From an uncultured Caldilineales bacterium (GTDB taxonomy: Bacteria; Chloroflexota; Anaerolineae; J102): DNA of 64,000 nt. The translations under genes and the position numbers were made by a program. The notes under the pieces are model-generated. The model was not told the origin of the DNA and searched no databases. It worked only from the letters and a program-made list of their open reading frames with translations. Below, piece after piece: positions 46,790-56,166 of this stretch. The stretch's first letter is position 1. Every line of letters begins with the position of its first letter. The DNA lies in NCBI GenBank assembly GCA_964650295.1, contig CAZYSY010000208.1, positions 35-64,034 on the forward strand. The letters run 5' to 3'.

Positions 46790-47344
46790 TTAGAACCAAA
46801 GTCGCCGGACGAAGTAAGCAAGCAAATAGCCTCCTGCGAAGAAAGCCAGCAAAAAAGCCCAACTTCCTACCGAGAGAGTGGCGGCACCGTTCAATCCCTG
46901 GCCCGATGTGCAACCACGGGCCAGACGAGCGCCGAACCCCGCCAGGGTGCCGCCAAAAAAGGCGATGATCCAGCGGGTGGAAAAGGTCACTCGTGGACCC
47001 TTCACGGTCTCGAGCTTAAATCGTCCAAAGAACCAAGCGGAGAGAAATCCGCCCAAAAGTACGCCGATATCCAGCATGACAATGAATGAATCTAATGGAT
47101 TCTTGACCCCACCCCCATATTTTATGAGATATGGGGTGCTGTTTACCCAGCCAGGCGCAACAATTTTTGCCAGCCAGATGGCGATACGATTGGCTCCGCC
47201 CGAGGCACCCAAACCGTCACCGGTGAAGAAGTAGACGCCAAATAGAACAAGCCCCAAAATGACGCCAGCGATAATGGAATTCGTGAACGGCTTTGGCTGC
47301 CGTTTAGAGGTAGACTTTGTTTCACTAGTGTATGCAGCAGTCAT
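46790..47344 (-). CDS. YeeE/YedE-family membrane protein (second half-transporter)
   Basis: 'ARLARGCTSGQGL' signature; 184 aa with 4 TM helices. Confidence 0.7.
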   Translation of the reverse strand: MTAAYTSETKSTSKRQPKPFTNSIIAGVILGLVLFGVYFFTGDGLGASGGANRIAIWLAKIVAPGWVNSTPYLIKYGGGVKNPLDSFIVMLDIGVLLGGFLSAWFFGRFKLETVKGPRVTFSTRWIIAFFGGTLAGFGARLARGCTSGQGLNGAATLSVGSWAFLLAFFAGGYLLAYFVRRLWF

Positions 47345-47412
47345 ATCGAATTGCCTCCTTGGTATCGAGCGCGGCGGCCGAAATGTATTGTCGGCCGCCG
47401 CGACTTGACGCG

Positions 47413-50145
47413 TTAAACAGTGACCTTGTGGTCCTCTTTATCTTCCTCGACTTCTACTTCTTCCCAGCCCGTGATCATACCCTCAACTGCAGCGAGTGGT
47501 GTGTGACCAGTCGTGGTGAGGTACATATGCATGATGACAAAGGCTGCAAAGGACCAAGCGACGAATGTGTGAATAGGTGCGATATAGCGCAAGCCGCCAA
47601 TAGCGTTTGAGAGTGCAGGCCATCTTTGAGCGCCCCAGATCAAGATTCCGGTGACAATCTGCAACGGTAACAGTACGTTGAGGATGGCAAGATAGGTGGC
47701 CTGTTGCAACGGGTTCATCTTGCGCTTTTCATTTTTCTCGAAGGGATGCGGTTCCCCCTTAAAAATGCCTTGGCCGTAAAACACCGCTTGTTGTAACGCT
47801 TGGTTGAAGAAACCTTTGGGTTCTGGTAGGAATTGCTGGATGGAATGTCCGGCCAAGAAGTAGAAGAGCGCAAAAAACGCGTTGAACAGTAGCAAGAAGC
47901 CTAGTACGTTGTGGATAGGCACCATTGCGCCCAGGTCCATGGCCCCAAACATGTCAGGACGATGGATGACGATACCAGTAAGAATCAGCAGAATGATGGC
48001 GATGGCTTGCGTCCAATGCCAGAACCGTTCATAAAATGTGTATAGATATAATTTGCGGGTCGGGCCGTTATGTGTGGCCGCGCCATGCGCAGCCGCATAC
48101 ACTCGCAGACCTCCATGGACAAACACGCCAGCGAAAACTCCTAGCATCATCAATACGCCTAACCAGTCAATCCATTTTACACGGTCGTGCCCAGGAAGAT
48201 AGAGCCCTTCTTTGGCCGTACTAGGTTGATAGTACAATTCTCCGTTCTTGCCCCGAACCAAGTCTCCAGTAGGCTCCATGTTTACATCGCCAACCAGGAC
48301 GGGGGTGACGCCACCTGGGGTGTAGCTAGCCAACATCATCGCATCTGAGACACGAGAATCTTCACTATGGCAGGCCGTGCAATCCTGTGTGGAATATTCT
48401 CCCCAGGTTGTGTTATGGGAAATGCTATATGGCTGCACCTCAGCCTGGATGCGAGGATTGTTGAGGCCTATCGCCTCCAACTGGGAGCGTACCACCTCTT
48501 CCTTTTCGGCATTATCGATGCGGAGCTCGGAGCGTGCGAGACGCCCGTCCTTGTTGATGTCAAAGGCGCTCACGATTTCTGTTTTGTAATTGCCGTCATC
48601 GCCAAAAAAGGCTTTCTTCAAATCAATTTGACGCACTGGCCGAGCCGGATCGCCATAAACCCAGTACCATGAGCTAACCAGGTTGAACGGAGCTAGCTTC
48701 AAATTACCTTCAGTGTCATATCTAGGCAGCAAGATGGGTTTAAACCCTTCCAACATGTTATAGGGATTGTGTGGGTTTCCGTCGCCTGTCACATTACGAT
48801 AGATAAGAATTCCTTTGCCGTCGCGGTCGATTACCGTCCAGTCGTTTTGCTGTATGGCTGTGGCGTGGATGGTTGGAATGTGGCAAGCCTCACAACTGAG
48901 CTTCTGAGCGTGGCGATCTTCGTACGGCAGCCAGGTGTGGGTTGATTTGTAATCATGGCACGATTCGCAACGACGCATACTTTCGGTGAAAGAAGAGCCA
49001 ACTTCGGTTTTAGTTACTGCACCACGAGCAAAATCGTGTATGGGTTTTTGCAGATAGTCAGAAATGTCAGGGCGGCGCGGTTCAAAGACAAGGTGTTGGG
49101 GATTCAGTTCCTTTGGCGGTTCATAGTAGGTGGGATTGTTCAGCGCGAAATGGCAGTCGGTACATTTAAGGTTCCGTTCTGCATGCACATCCCAGGAACG
49201 TTTGAGTTCGCTTTTCCCCTTGATGTTTAAGGCGCTATCCGAAATGCGTTGGCCAGAGAATATCTGCCCTGTACGCATGGTCGTCCAGTCATCTCTGTTG
49301 AAGTCGCGGTAGGAAAGTGCTGTAGTGATATCAGTCTGCACCTCGCCGTGGCATTGGCCGCAATTGCTGCTAGAGGGGCTTTGGATAGGAAGAACGTCTG
49401 GGTTGAGGTTGCCTTGCTCGTCGAACGCATCCTTGTTGTATATCATGCCCTTTCCGTCAGGAGCGGGTTGGACTATGCCTGTTCCCACCAGTGTCGCTGT
49501 ATTGGCCCAACCGAATGCGCCCTCTTTTAGCATGTTAATCCGGGCTGAATTGTTGGGCTTGGGCATGTGGCATAGGAAACAGTTCATTTCCACAGTTCCC
49601 GACTCCTTCCAATCCCAGGGCTCCAGCTGGCCTGTGAGCGGATTAAGAATGCTGGTTTCAGGATTGTCGGCGCTTGCCGACAACTCTTTGAGAGACAGTC
49701 CTTGACGGCTGGTTTCGGCTGGGCCTCCGCCAACAAAATGTGCTCCATACGCCTTGAGCCAACCAGCGGTGGTGAGATCAATGTTGCTGTCTTCTGTTGG
49801 GCTGAGATAACGGTAGGTGATGGGGTCCCAAAGGCCAAAAAGGCCATTGCTGGTATCCCACGGTCGCCCTGACGGCGCCTGGCCAGCTGGGAGCATTTGA
49901 TTCAAACCAACCTGGCTATGGAAGCTATGGCTTTCTATGAATTCTGTGTCATGGCAACTTCCACAAGTGTGCATGACTGAAACAGGTTTTCCCGACACAA
50001 GAACGTTGGTGCCATCTTCGTCCAATAGTGGAAATGTTGGATGGATGGGCGAGGGCTGTGCGGAAGCGACGCCCAGACTGACGAGAACCAGCATCAGCGC
50101 CAGCGCTGTCAGTCCCACGTAGCGCTTGAAGCTGTTGTGCATCAT
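47413..50145 (-). CDS. Heptaheme c-type cytochrome fused to a C-terminal di-heme cytochrome b membrane domain (CbcL-like putative quinol oxidoreductase)
   Basis: Signal peptide. Seven CxxCH motifs (CGSCH, CFLCH, CGQCH, CTDCH, CESCH, CEACH, CTACH). The C-terminal ~230 aa has 4-5 TM helices with conserved His (Ni/Fe-hydrogenase/FdnI-type cytochrome b-like). It overlaps the upstream gene by ATGA. Confidence 0.8.
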   Translation of the reverse strand: MMHNSFKRYVGLTALALMLVLVSLGVASAQPSPIHPTFPLLDEDGTNVLVSGKPVSVMHTCGSCHDTEFIESHSFHSQVGLNQMLPAGQAPSGRPWDTSNGLFGLWDPITYRYLSPTEDSNIDLTTAGWLKAYGAHFVGGGPAETSRQGLSLKELSASADNPETSILNPLTGQLEPWDWKESGTVEMNCFLCHMPKPNNSARINMLKEGAFGWANTATLVGTGIVQPAPDGKGMIYNKDAFDEQGNLNPDVLPIQSPSSSNCGQCHGEVQTDITTALSYRDFNRDDWTTMRTGQIFSGQRISDSALNIKGKSELKRSWDVHAERNLKCTDCHFALNNPTYYEPPKELNPQHLVFEPRRPDISDYLQKPIHDFARGAVTKTEVGSSFTESMRRCESCHDYKSTHTWLPYEDRHAQKLSCEACHIPTIHATAIQQNDWTVIDRDGKGILIYRNVTGDGNPHNPYNMLEGFKPILLPRYDTEGNLKLAPFNLVSSWYWVYGDPARPVRQIDLKKAFFGDDGNYKTEIVSAFDINKDGRLARSELRIDNAEKEEVVRSQLEAIGLNNPRIQAEVQPYSISHNTTWGEYSTQDCTACHSEDSRVSDAMMLASYTPGGVTPVLVGDVNMEPTGDLVRGKNGELYYQPSTAKEGLYLPGHDRVKWIDWLGVLMMLGVFAGVFVHGGLRVYAAAHGAATHNGPTRKLYLYTFYERFWHWTQAIAIILLILTGIVIHRPDMFGAMDLGAMVPIHNVLGFLLLFNAFFALFYFLAGHSIQQFLPEPKGFFNQALQQAVFYGQGIFKGEPHPFEKNEKRKMNPLQQATYLAILNVLLPLQIVTGILIWGAQRWPALSNAIGGLRYIAPIHTFVAWSFAAFVIMHMYLTTTGHTPLAAVEGMITGWEEVEVEEDKEDHKVTV

Positions 50146-51656
50146 TGTTGGCCTCCTGGCTGAGCATTGGCGTTTTCAAGCGTGGCATTGCGACTGCCGT
50201 AAATCATAGGGTCTCCTTCATATCCCAGCGCTTCCCAGTCCAGACGTCCTGGCGATCCGTCGGGAGTATGGCAGGCATTGCATTGCAGAGCATCTTCCTT
50301 GGGAGCCACCATATGGGTGGTTGGCCAATACATGGCTGTGCGAGCAAAACCGTAATCGCCACTATATGGGAGTCCAAAGGCTTTTGCTCCGTCGCTCAGC
50401 GCTTTGTCCCAATCGAAGTCACTCCAGTACCCTCCTGGGCCAAAGGTGTGGGGGGTGAGCAGAATATTGTATTGCTTGTCGTAGGGCTGAGTGGCGTGGT
50501 GTACCTTGAAGGGGAAAATTTTTGCAGTAGGATCATTAATGGAGCCCGCTGGGGCGTTTAGTACCAGCTCTTGGGATGGATCAAATCGATCTCCAATCAG
50601 ATATCGGTCTTCGAGCTTTCCGTTGTACCAGGTGTAGGTGGGAACAACATCGCGTTCATAGACAAACTTACCTTTGATTTTGAGGTATTCGTGCGGATTA
50701 GTGATTGGAAGATCTTTGCCAGCTTGGGACCAATCCCAATAGGTTTTTGTTGCCTCTTTTCGAGCAAAAGCTGGAATATGACAGGTTTGACATGCAACCG
50801 TTTGTGTGTGCATGTTGAGGCGGTCATCTTGATGGGGCGTTTCGCTGTGACAGTCGGTGCAATGCACCTGGTTCTCGTCATCCAGGCTGACGGAAATCGA
50901 ACGCCCTCTCATGACGTGATGCTCGGCGCGATGGCAGTCGGTACAAACCATGTCTTCTCCCCCCATGTGAACATCCAGTTCTCGCGTGGGGTTGATAAGG
51001 GAGTTGTCCAGGTCTCCGTGCTTAACTGCATCTCCTCCTCCCCCTCGAAAATGACAGGTGCCGCAATTAATGCGCGTTGGGGGGCCGACATGTTTGGCGA
51101 TGTTCACTAGATCAACCGATTCAGCAGGCACGCCCTTTTTGGCCTTCACATAATAGCCTGTATTGTCATGGCAGGCTAGGCAGTCTATATTTTTGGGCTC
51201 CGAAAAATCGAAGGTATCATTCTCCCAGCCATAGCCAGCATGACAGGCTGTACAGGCTGGCCAGTTTGGCTTGATGGTAATGCAGAAGTTGTTCAGCACA
51301 TGTCCCTTGCCAGTCTTTACAGGTTCTTTCAGACCTAATACGTTATCGTGCTCGCCCGGAACGTCATCCAGCGCATACTCGTGCGTCCATGTGAAGTGGT
51401 TGTTGTGCAGCATCTCTTCCCCTGCCTCAGGATGGCATTCCAAACAGGCTTCTGTAACATCCTGACCTGTCGTGAAGTCTGCCCCATTGAAGAAGCCACT
51501 ATGATCGGTGGGCATAGAGTGCCTTGGGAGATGTGCTCTGGGGTCGTCGATTTGTTGGGAAGATGCTTTTGGCACAGCAACCAGGGTGATGGGAACCCCA
51601 AAAATGATTAGGGTTATGAGGATACCTATAATCCAGTTTTTTTTGCCATGAAGCAT
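50142..51656 (-). CDS. Membrane-anchored octaheme c-type cytochrome (OTR/HAO-superfamily-like)
   Basis: N-terminal TM anchor and eight CxxCH motifs (CLECH, CTACH, CLACH, CGTCH, CTDCH, CTDCH, CQTCH, CNACH) in 504 aa. Confidence 0.8.
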   Translation of the reverse strand: MLHGKKNWIIGILITLIIFGVPITLVAVPKASSQQIDDPRAHLPRHSMPTDHSGFFNGADFTTGQDVTEACLECHPEAGEEMLHNNHFTWTHEYALDDVPGEHDNVLGLKEPVKTGKGHVLNNFCITIKPNWPACTACHAGYGWENDTFDFSEPKNIDCLACHDNTGYYVKAKKGVPAESVDLVNIAKHVGPPTRINCGTCHFRGGGGDAVKHGDLDNSLINPTRELDVHMGGEDMVCTDCHRAEHHVMRGRSISVSLDDENQVHCTDCHSETPHQDDRLNMHTQTVACQTCHIPAFARKEATKTYWDWSQAGKDLPITNPHEYLKIKGKFVYERDVVPTYTWYNGKLEDRYLIGDRFDPSQELVLNAPAGSINDPTAKIFPFKVHHATQPYDKQYNILLTPHTFGPGGYWSDFDWDKALSDGAKAFGLPYSGDYGFARTAMYWPTTHMVAPKEDALQCNACHTPDGSPGRLDWEALGYEGDPMIYGSRNATLENANAQPGGQQ

Positions 51657-51799
51657 AAGCCTTACCTCACTGTAATGTCGGTGTGTATGGGGCTCAGGCT
51701 TCCTGCCGGGTTTGGGTTTGGCTCAGCTAGCGGGAAGGCTGAAATAAGGTAGAAGTGTTGTTTGGTATAGATTAAAAAAAATTGTTTGATGGCTAATTG

Positions 51800-51817
51800 T
51801 TTGATGGTGATATCAAA
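51800..51817. promoter_or_regulatory. Candidate ArsR/SmtB-type operator: TTTGAT-N6-ATCAAA inverted repeat, overlapping a direct repeat ttgtttgatgg x2 (51783-51808)
   Basis: Read directly in the 184-nt gap between arsR-like and the octaheme gene. Confidence 0.3.
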
Positions 51818-51840
51818 TGGACTTGCGCGTTTTACGTCGG

Positions 51841-52191
51841 TCAGTGGGCCTCCTTTGAAGTAGAAGATATTTGGTTGAGAAGTTTAGAGTGAGAGTTGAT
51901 ACGTTCATTTAGGACATCCCGCAAAAGCTCTAGAGCCTGAATGACGCGGATATCACTGAGTTCATATACGACTTCGCGCCCACGGCGCTCGAAGCTGACC
52001 AGTCCACTGTTGCGGAGAATGCGTAAGTGGCGAGAGACTGTGGATTGTGGAAGACGCAGGCGGGTTGTCAGGTCCGTGACATTGCTGGGGCGCTCCGAGA
52101 GGGCATAAAGGATAGCGATGCGGTTTGGGTCAGAAATCCCTGAGCATAGTTCAGCATGCATTCGGGCGATTTCTGCTCGTCGTGGGATCAT
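51841..52191 (-). CDS. ArsR/SmtB-family metal/redox-sensing transcriptional repressor
   Basis: Winged-helix HTH 'NRIAILYALSERPSNVTDLTTRLRLPQSTVSRHLRILRNSGLV' with a Cys in the N-terminal region. AAGGAG sits before the ATG. Confidence 0.85.
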   Translation of the reverse strand: MIPRRAEIARMHAELCSGISDPNRIAILYALSERPSNVTDLTTRLRLPQSTVSRHLRILRNSGLVSFERRGREVVYELSDIRVIQALELLRDVLNERINSHSKLLNQISSTSKEAH

Positions 52192-52798
52192 CAGGGCGCT
52201 CCTTGGCTACAAACAATTTATCCGGAAATGCGGATACACGCATTCACAGTATTTTAATCTTTTTCACCCCACTCCCATATGATATCGATCATGTTTGGAA
52301 GCTCTATCACATTTTTTGTTAATCTTGCGAGTGTATCCCAATCAAATTTCGATGCTTGCCAATACTGCTGCGTGAGCTTTTGGTGAACGCTTTAGGCTTT
52401 TCGGCATAAATACGCCTGCCTTGTTAGCGCATTCCACAGTTCTACTAGATTGTGATCCATACCCAGCAACTCTGAAAGGTTTACAAGCTCTTGGGTAAAT
52501 GTTGGGAGAACTGTTGGCCAAATCGGCGTGAAAAGTTTCATGTGGTTACATAAATATTTTACACGTTTGCGCTAATCATGGAAATTGGCGGTTGACGGTG
52601 AGCGCGACATCGTTCTAACCTGAGATGTTCACGAGCATAAACTCAACGCAAACCTTGCTCTGGAAAAAAGTCGCCTCTCGGAGTATTCCGCGAATACGCG
52701 TGAAGCACTTTCTCATCTAGCGCACTGCGCCATCCACATTCTGATTTGGTATGGTTAATTGCGAAATGGGTGGTAGAGACCGGTTATATTGGGCGGAA

Positions 52799-53713
52799 TT
52801 ATGTTTTTTCTTCGAAAAGTTCTTGTAAACGCGGGACTTGTTGTAACATCTCCGTTTCGCTGAACGTCGCCTCCCAAAATGGTCCAATGCCTCCGCACTC
52901 CAGCGAAACGACCCATGGTTTTTGCCATGAACCAGATTGCAATTGCATTGCAGCCCATTTCATGATGCTCCAATCTCTGTTCGTCAATGGAAGGTGATCA
53001 ATCATTCCGTTGGGCAGCCAAGCACCATCAGGGCCAATGAGTTTTTCGAGTTTGGAGCGCTCAAGGCCGTTTTTTTCAGCACGTTGTATCCAGTATTCAT
53101 TTACTACTTGTATTCCGGTGACGTGAATTTCACGTACGGCATGCAAAGGGAGCGCTGCGATGTACTCGCGATATCCCAAACCCAATTGCATGGCAGCCAT
53201 CCGGGCGTGAGAGATATCAAAGAGGAATCCGGTTCCAGTTTCCTCAACAACCCGCGTGATTGTGTCTGCGTGGAAGATGGCATAGTCGTTCCTTGCCCCC
53301 AAGTGGTAACCGTTTTCAAGAATAATCATCTCTTTTCCAAATCGAGAGACGACAGATTCTACATCTCGAATCATGCGCTCCTGCACTTGTTCGGCAGTTA
53401 TGTGATTCTCACTCTCGGGGGTGTCGCTCCTCAACTCCCCTTCGGAGAGGATGTGTAGATTCAGGTAAGGGGTATCTGTCTGTTCTAGCAGTCTTTCGAA
53501 TTTTGGCCAGTCCGCGGGCCTTTTTGTCTCTACGTCGATGGCGTCACCGATTCCCGCACCTACGCCTAAGGGAAAGTGAATGTAGATGGGAAAGTTACCT
53601 CTAAGTCGTGTTATGAGTTCGGGCCATGCAGGGCATTTGAAAACATCGGGCCTGATTAGGCCTTGGGTGGTTAGCTTCGCCGCAGTTTCCGAATAGTTGA
53701 GTCCAAATTTCAT
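52799..53713 (-). CDS. DUF692-family (multinuclear non-heme iron oxidative enzyme, MNIO-like) TIM-barrel protein
   Basis: Motifs 'ILENGYH', 'FLFDISHARMAA' and 'EIHVTG' parallel the conserved DUF692/xylose-isomerase-like metal-binding strands. The start was set to ATG at 53713 (MKFGLNYS) because the longer track ORF would overlap the upstream gene by 118 nt. Confidence 0.5.
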   Translation of the reverse strand: MKFGLNYSETAAKLTTQGLIRPDVFKCPAWPELITRLRGNFPIYIHFPLGVGAGIGDAIDVETKRPADWPKFERLLEQTDTPYLNLHILSEGELRSDTPESENHITAEQVQERMIRDVESVVSRFGKEMIILENGYHLGARNDYAIFHADTITRVVEETGTGFLFDISHARMAAMQLGLGYREYIAALPLHAVREIHVTGIQVVNEYWIQRAEKNGLERSKLEKLIGPDGAWLPNGMIDHLPLTNRDWSIMKWAAMQLQSGSWQKPWVVSLECGGIGPFWEATFSETEMLQQVPRLQELFEEKT

Positions 53714-53721
53714 TGTCGGTC

Positions 53722-54249
53722 TTACTCTCTTGTAATTTTCTTTTTGAAGATACCAAAACGGATATTCTTCCCTGCAATATGGTTTCGCAAGGGTTCTGGC
53801 GACAATTTGAACCCGAGTTTTTTCCAGAAACGCATCCATTCTGCATCATTCAAAGGGACCGCCGTACGGAGTTCGATCGTAGGAGAAGCAATTCGCAGCC
53901 ATTCTTCCAGGATATTGACGCTCCACGTGGCGATTTCCTCTCTCTCACCCGGAGTTTGGTCTTGCAGAATGAGGGCACCCAGCCAGACTACATTCTCCAC
54001 CGGATGGTGGAATCGAAAATCCAATGCACCAATAAGTTGTTCATCTTGCCACCAGATAGCCATGATTGCTCGATCGTCACTTTCTAACATCTGTTGGTAG
54101 TCGTTCACAGCCTGAATCGTAGAAGCGGGATGGCTGGTGAATGTGATGAAATATTTTCTACTGGCCTCATACATGCGTTGCAAGTCGGCTAGCATTTCTG
54201 TAGTGAGTGGCTTCAGCTTAATGGGGGGAGGCTGAGTTGTCGTTGGCAT
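53722..54249 (-). CDS. GNAT-fold acyltransferase-like protein (175 aa)
   Basis: GNAT-like secondary-structure pattern (…PLTTEMLADLQRMYE…AIMAIWWQDEQLIGALDFRF…VWLGALIL…). It is tightly coupled to both neighbours, with 3-nt and 8-nt gaps. Confidence 0.4.
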   Translation of the reverse strand: MPTTTQPPPIKLKPLTTEMLADLQRMYEASRKYFITFTSHPASTIQAVNDYQQMLESDDRAIMAIWWQDEQLIGALDFRFHHPVENVVWLGALILQDQTPGEREEIATWSVNILEEWLRIASPTIELRTAVPLNDAEWMRFWKKLGFKLSPEPLRNHIAGKNIRFGIFKKKITRE

Positions 54250-54252
54250 TAT

Positions 54253-55128
54253 TTATCGTCTCTCGGCATATTCGAAAGTTTGGCGTAGTTTGATGATTGT
54301 GTTGGCCGGATAGTAGCCTTTAGGAAGGGAAGCACTGGCGTAAAGTAATGTATTTGGGCCAATGAGGACGCCTGGGTTCAAAACGCTGTTGCATCCTGTT
54401 TGTACGTCATCTCCGAGAATGGCTCCCAGTTTGGTCAGCCCTGTGTCATGCACCCGGTCCAAAATCTTTATTTTTATACTCGGACGCCGGCCTGTTAGAG
54501 GGTCTTTGCGGCTGACCACCGTCAGGTTCGAGAGTTTTGTTCCGGCTCCTAAGTTCACCCTATTTCCCAAAATGCTATCTCCAACATAATTGAAATGAGG
54601 TGCATGTGCACCTGGAAGCAGGATGCTGTTCTTCACCTCCGTGGCGTGCCCGACCATACTGCCTTCGCAAAGTAATGCGTTTGATCGAATATATGCACCA
54701 TGTCTTACCAAAGTTCGTGGGCCAATATATGCTGGGCCTTCAATATACGCACCTGATTCAACCACCGCGCCAGGCCCGATATAAACATCCGTATCGGGCT
54801 TGATGTAGGCTCCATCAGCGACATCTCCAAAAATCTGGCAACCTTTACCGCCAATATGTGCTTCGAGATAGTTGGCAAGTTTGGGCAAGGCCTCCCAGAC
54901 ATAACCAATATCCCGAAAGAGTGGTGCATGGGGGGTATGTGACAGGTCGAAAAAATCACTGGGCGCGAGTTTTGGTGACATCGTGAACGCTCCAATCTGC
55001 ATTTCACGGGGTAAGATATTGGGCAAAGGCTGGTTCCCTGGGCATGTCTCCATTTGATGCTCGGGATCGACATTCATCATACATGCCATCACCCTAGCCT
55101 TCAAAATCACGCCTCCTTTGGATTTCAT
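54253..55128 (-). CDS. Left-handed beta-helix (hexapeptide-repeat) acyl/nucleotidyl-transferase family protein (start uncertain)
   Basis: Multiple [LIV]-G-x-x-x-x hexapeptide repeats (…YIGPGAVVESGAYIEGPAYIGPRTLVRHGAYIRSNALL…). Candidate starts are ATG 55128, or TTG 55107 after AAGGAGG. Confidence 0.65.
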   Translation of the reverse strand: MKSKGGVILKARVMACMMNVDPEHQMETCPGNQPLPNILPREMQIGAFTMSPKLAPSDFFDLSHTPHAPLFRDIGYVWEALPKLANYLEAHIGGKGCQIFGDVADGAYIKPDTDVYIGPGAVVESGAYIEGPAYIGPRTLVRHGAYIRSNALLCEGSMVGHATEVKNSILLPGAHAPHFNYVGDSILGNRVNLGAGTKLSNLTVVSRKDPLTGRRPSIKIKILDRVHDTGLTKLGAILGDDVQTGCNSVLNPGVLIGPNTLLYASASLPKGYYPANTIIKLRQTFEYAERR

Positions 55129-55321
55129 GGGTGCGGCCTTCAGGTCAGAGCGTATCGACTGGTCTAGTGTTGCATACGGCAAGGTGCACTTCAAGAAATG
55201 GGAACGCTTCTTTCCAGGCCGACCCAAGTAGGACCAGTGTGTCATTAGACAAAGTGTCCCGAAAATGAAACGCCCCTACGGAATCCTGGTTTGCTTTCGT
55301 GGCTGAGTTTGGGTATGATGG

Positions 55322-56014
55322 TTGTGTCTAATAGCGATCACGTCTCCGATAACTTTTATGGTTAAACACATCCATTTAATATTTTTTTTGTTCGCCATCC
55401 TGGCCCTGGTATTCTTGGCTTTTGGTTACTGGGGAAGCTGGATAGCGCATCCGGCTGCCGGGTTAAATATCCTGGGTGTTGATCTTCCTGAATACGTCAA
55501 ATTTGTGCCTGAAGTGCGAGATGGGATTATTTCCCTCAATCGATTAATTTTCTTTGCCATACCCGTTGCACTGGCCCTTGGGCTGATATTTTTGGCTAGC
55601 GTAAGAGCGGTTTTGCCTCTATGGATTCGTGGTGTGGCAGCCGCGTCGGCATTGCCTGTAGCACTTTCAATGTTGCCTCCAGCCTGGTCTCCTGGTTTAT
55701 TGATGACGTCTGAATTTCGTGTACAAACCATCATCATACTGGGTCTTATTGTCTCAGTATTCTTGATTCCAGTGTGGAAGCAAGTTATTCCTGATTGGCT
55801 GCGTGGTGCTCTTTTTATTTTGATATCCCTGTTTCTTTTACCCGCATTACGGTCCTTCTTCCTGCTTTTGCCAGCGTTGGAAAAGCTTTACCACCGTTCT
55901 TTGCTTGCTGCTGGCCCTGGCGTTTGGTGGACCGTTACAGGGACGGCTTTGATGCTTTTGGCTGGCGGATTGCTCCTCTTGACGGATGTGCGGTTTGCTC
56001 GTGATGGTTGTTAA
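55322..56014 (+). CDS. Integral membrane protein of unknown function (~6 TM)
   Basis: Hydrophobic segments throughout, with no recognisable motifs. Confidence 0.45.
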   Translation: MCLIAITSPITFMVKHIHLIFFLFAILALVFLAFGYWGSWIAHPAAGLNILGVDLPEYVKFVPEVRDGIISLNRLIFFAIPVALALGLIFLASVRAVLPLWIRGVAAASALPVALSMLPPAWSPGLLMTSEFRVQTIIILGLIVSVFLIPVWKQVIPDWLRGALFILISLFLLPALRSFFLLLPALEKLYHRSLLAAGPGVWWTVTGTALMLLAGGLLLLTDVRFARDGC

Positions 56015-56166
56015 TAAAGATTAGTGAGTAAGGTGAGGATCGATATTTGTGCTGGACCCTCAGTTTGGCGGGTGTCCTCCTGGGCGTGTAGCTTGACAAA
56101 AAAAAGGTTTTCATCGAAGATTAGATTACTTATCTCTGCTTTCCAACCTTTATCCAGTCAGAGGCT

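Noticed and set aside
52530-52720. Tiny minus-strand ORFs (33 aa MKLFTPIW…; 33 aa MRKCFTRIRG…) as candidate MNIO precursor peptides
   Set aside because: They have no ribosome-binding sites and no conserved core or Cys pattern. They are mentioned only as things to test, not annotated.
52799-53839. Longer 346-aa version of the DUF692-like ORF
   Set aside because: The extra 42 N-terminal codons would overlap the upstream GNAT-like gene by 118 nt in another frame. The internal ATG at 53713 gives the family-typical N-terminus (MKFGLNY…).
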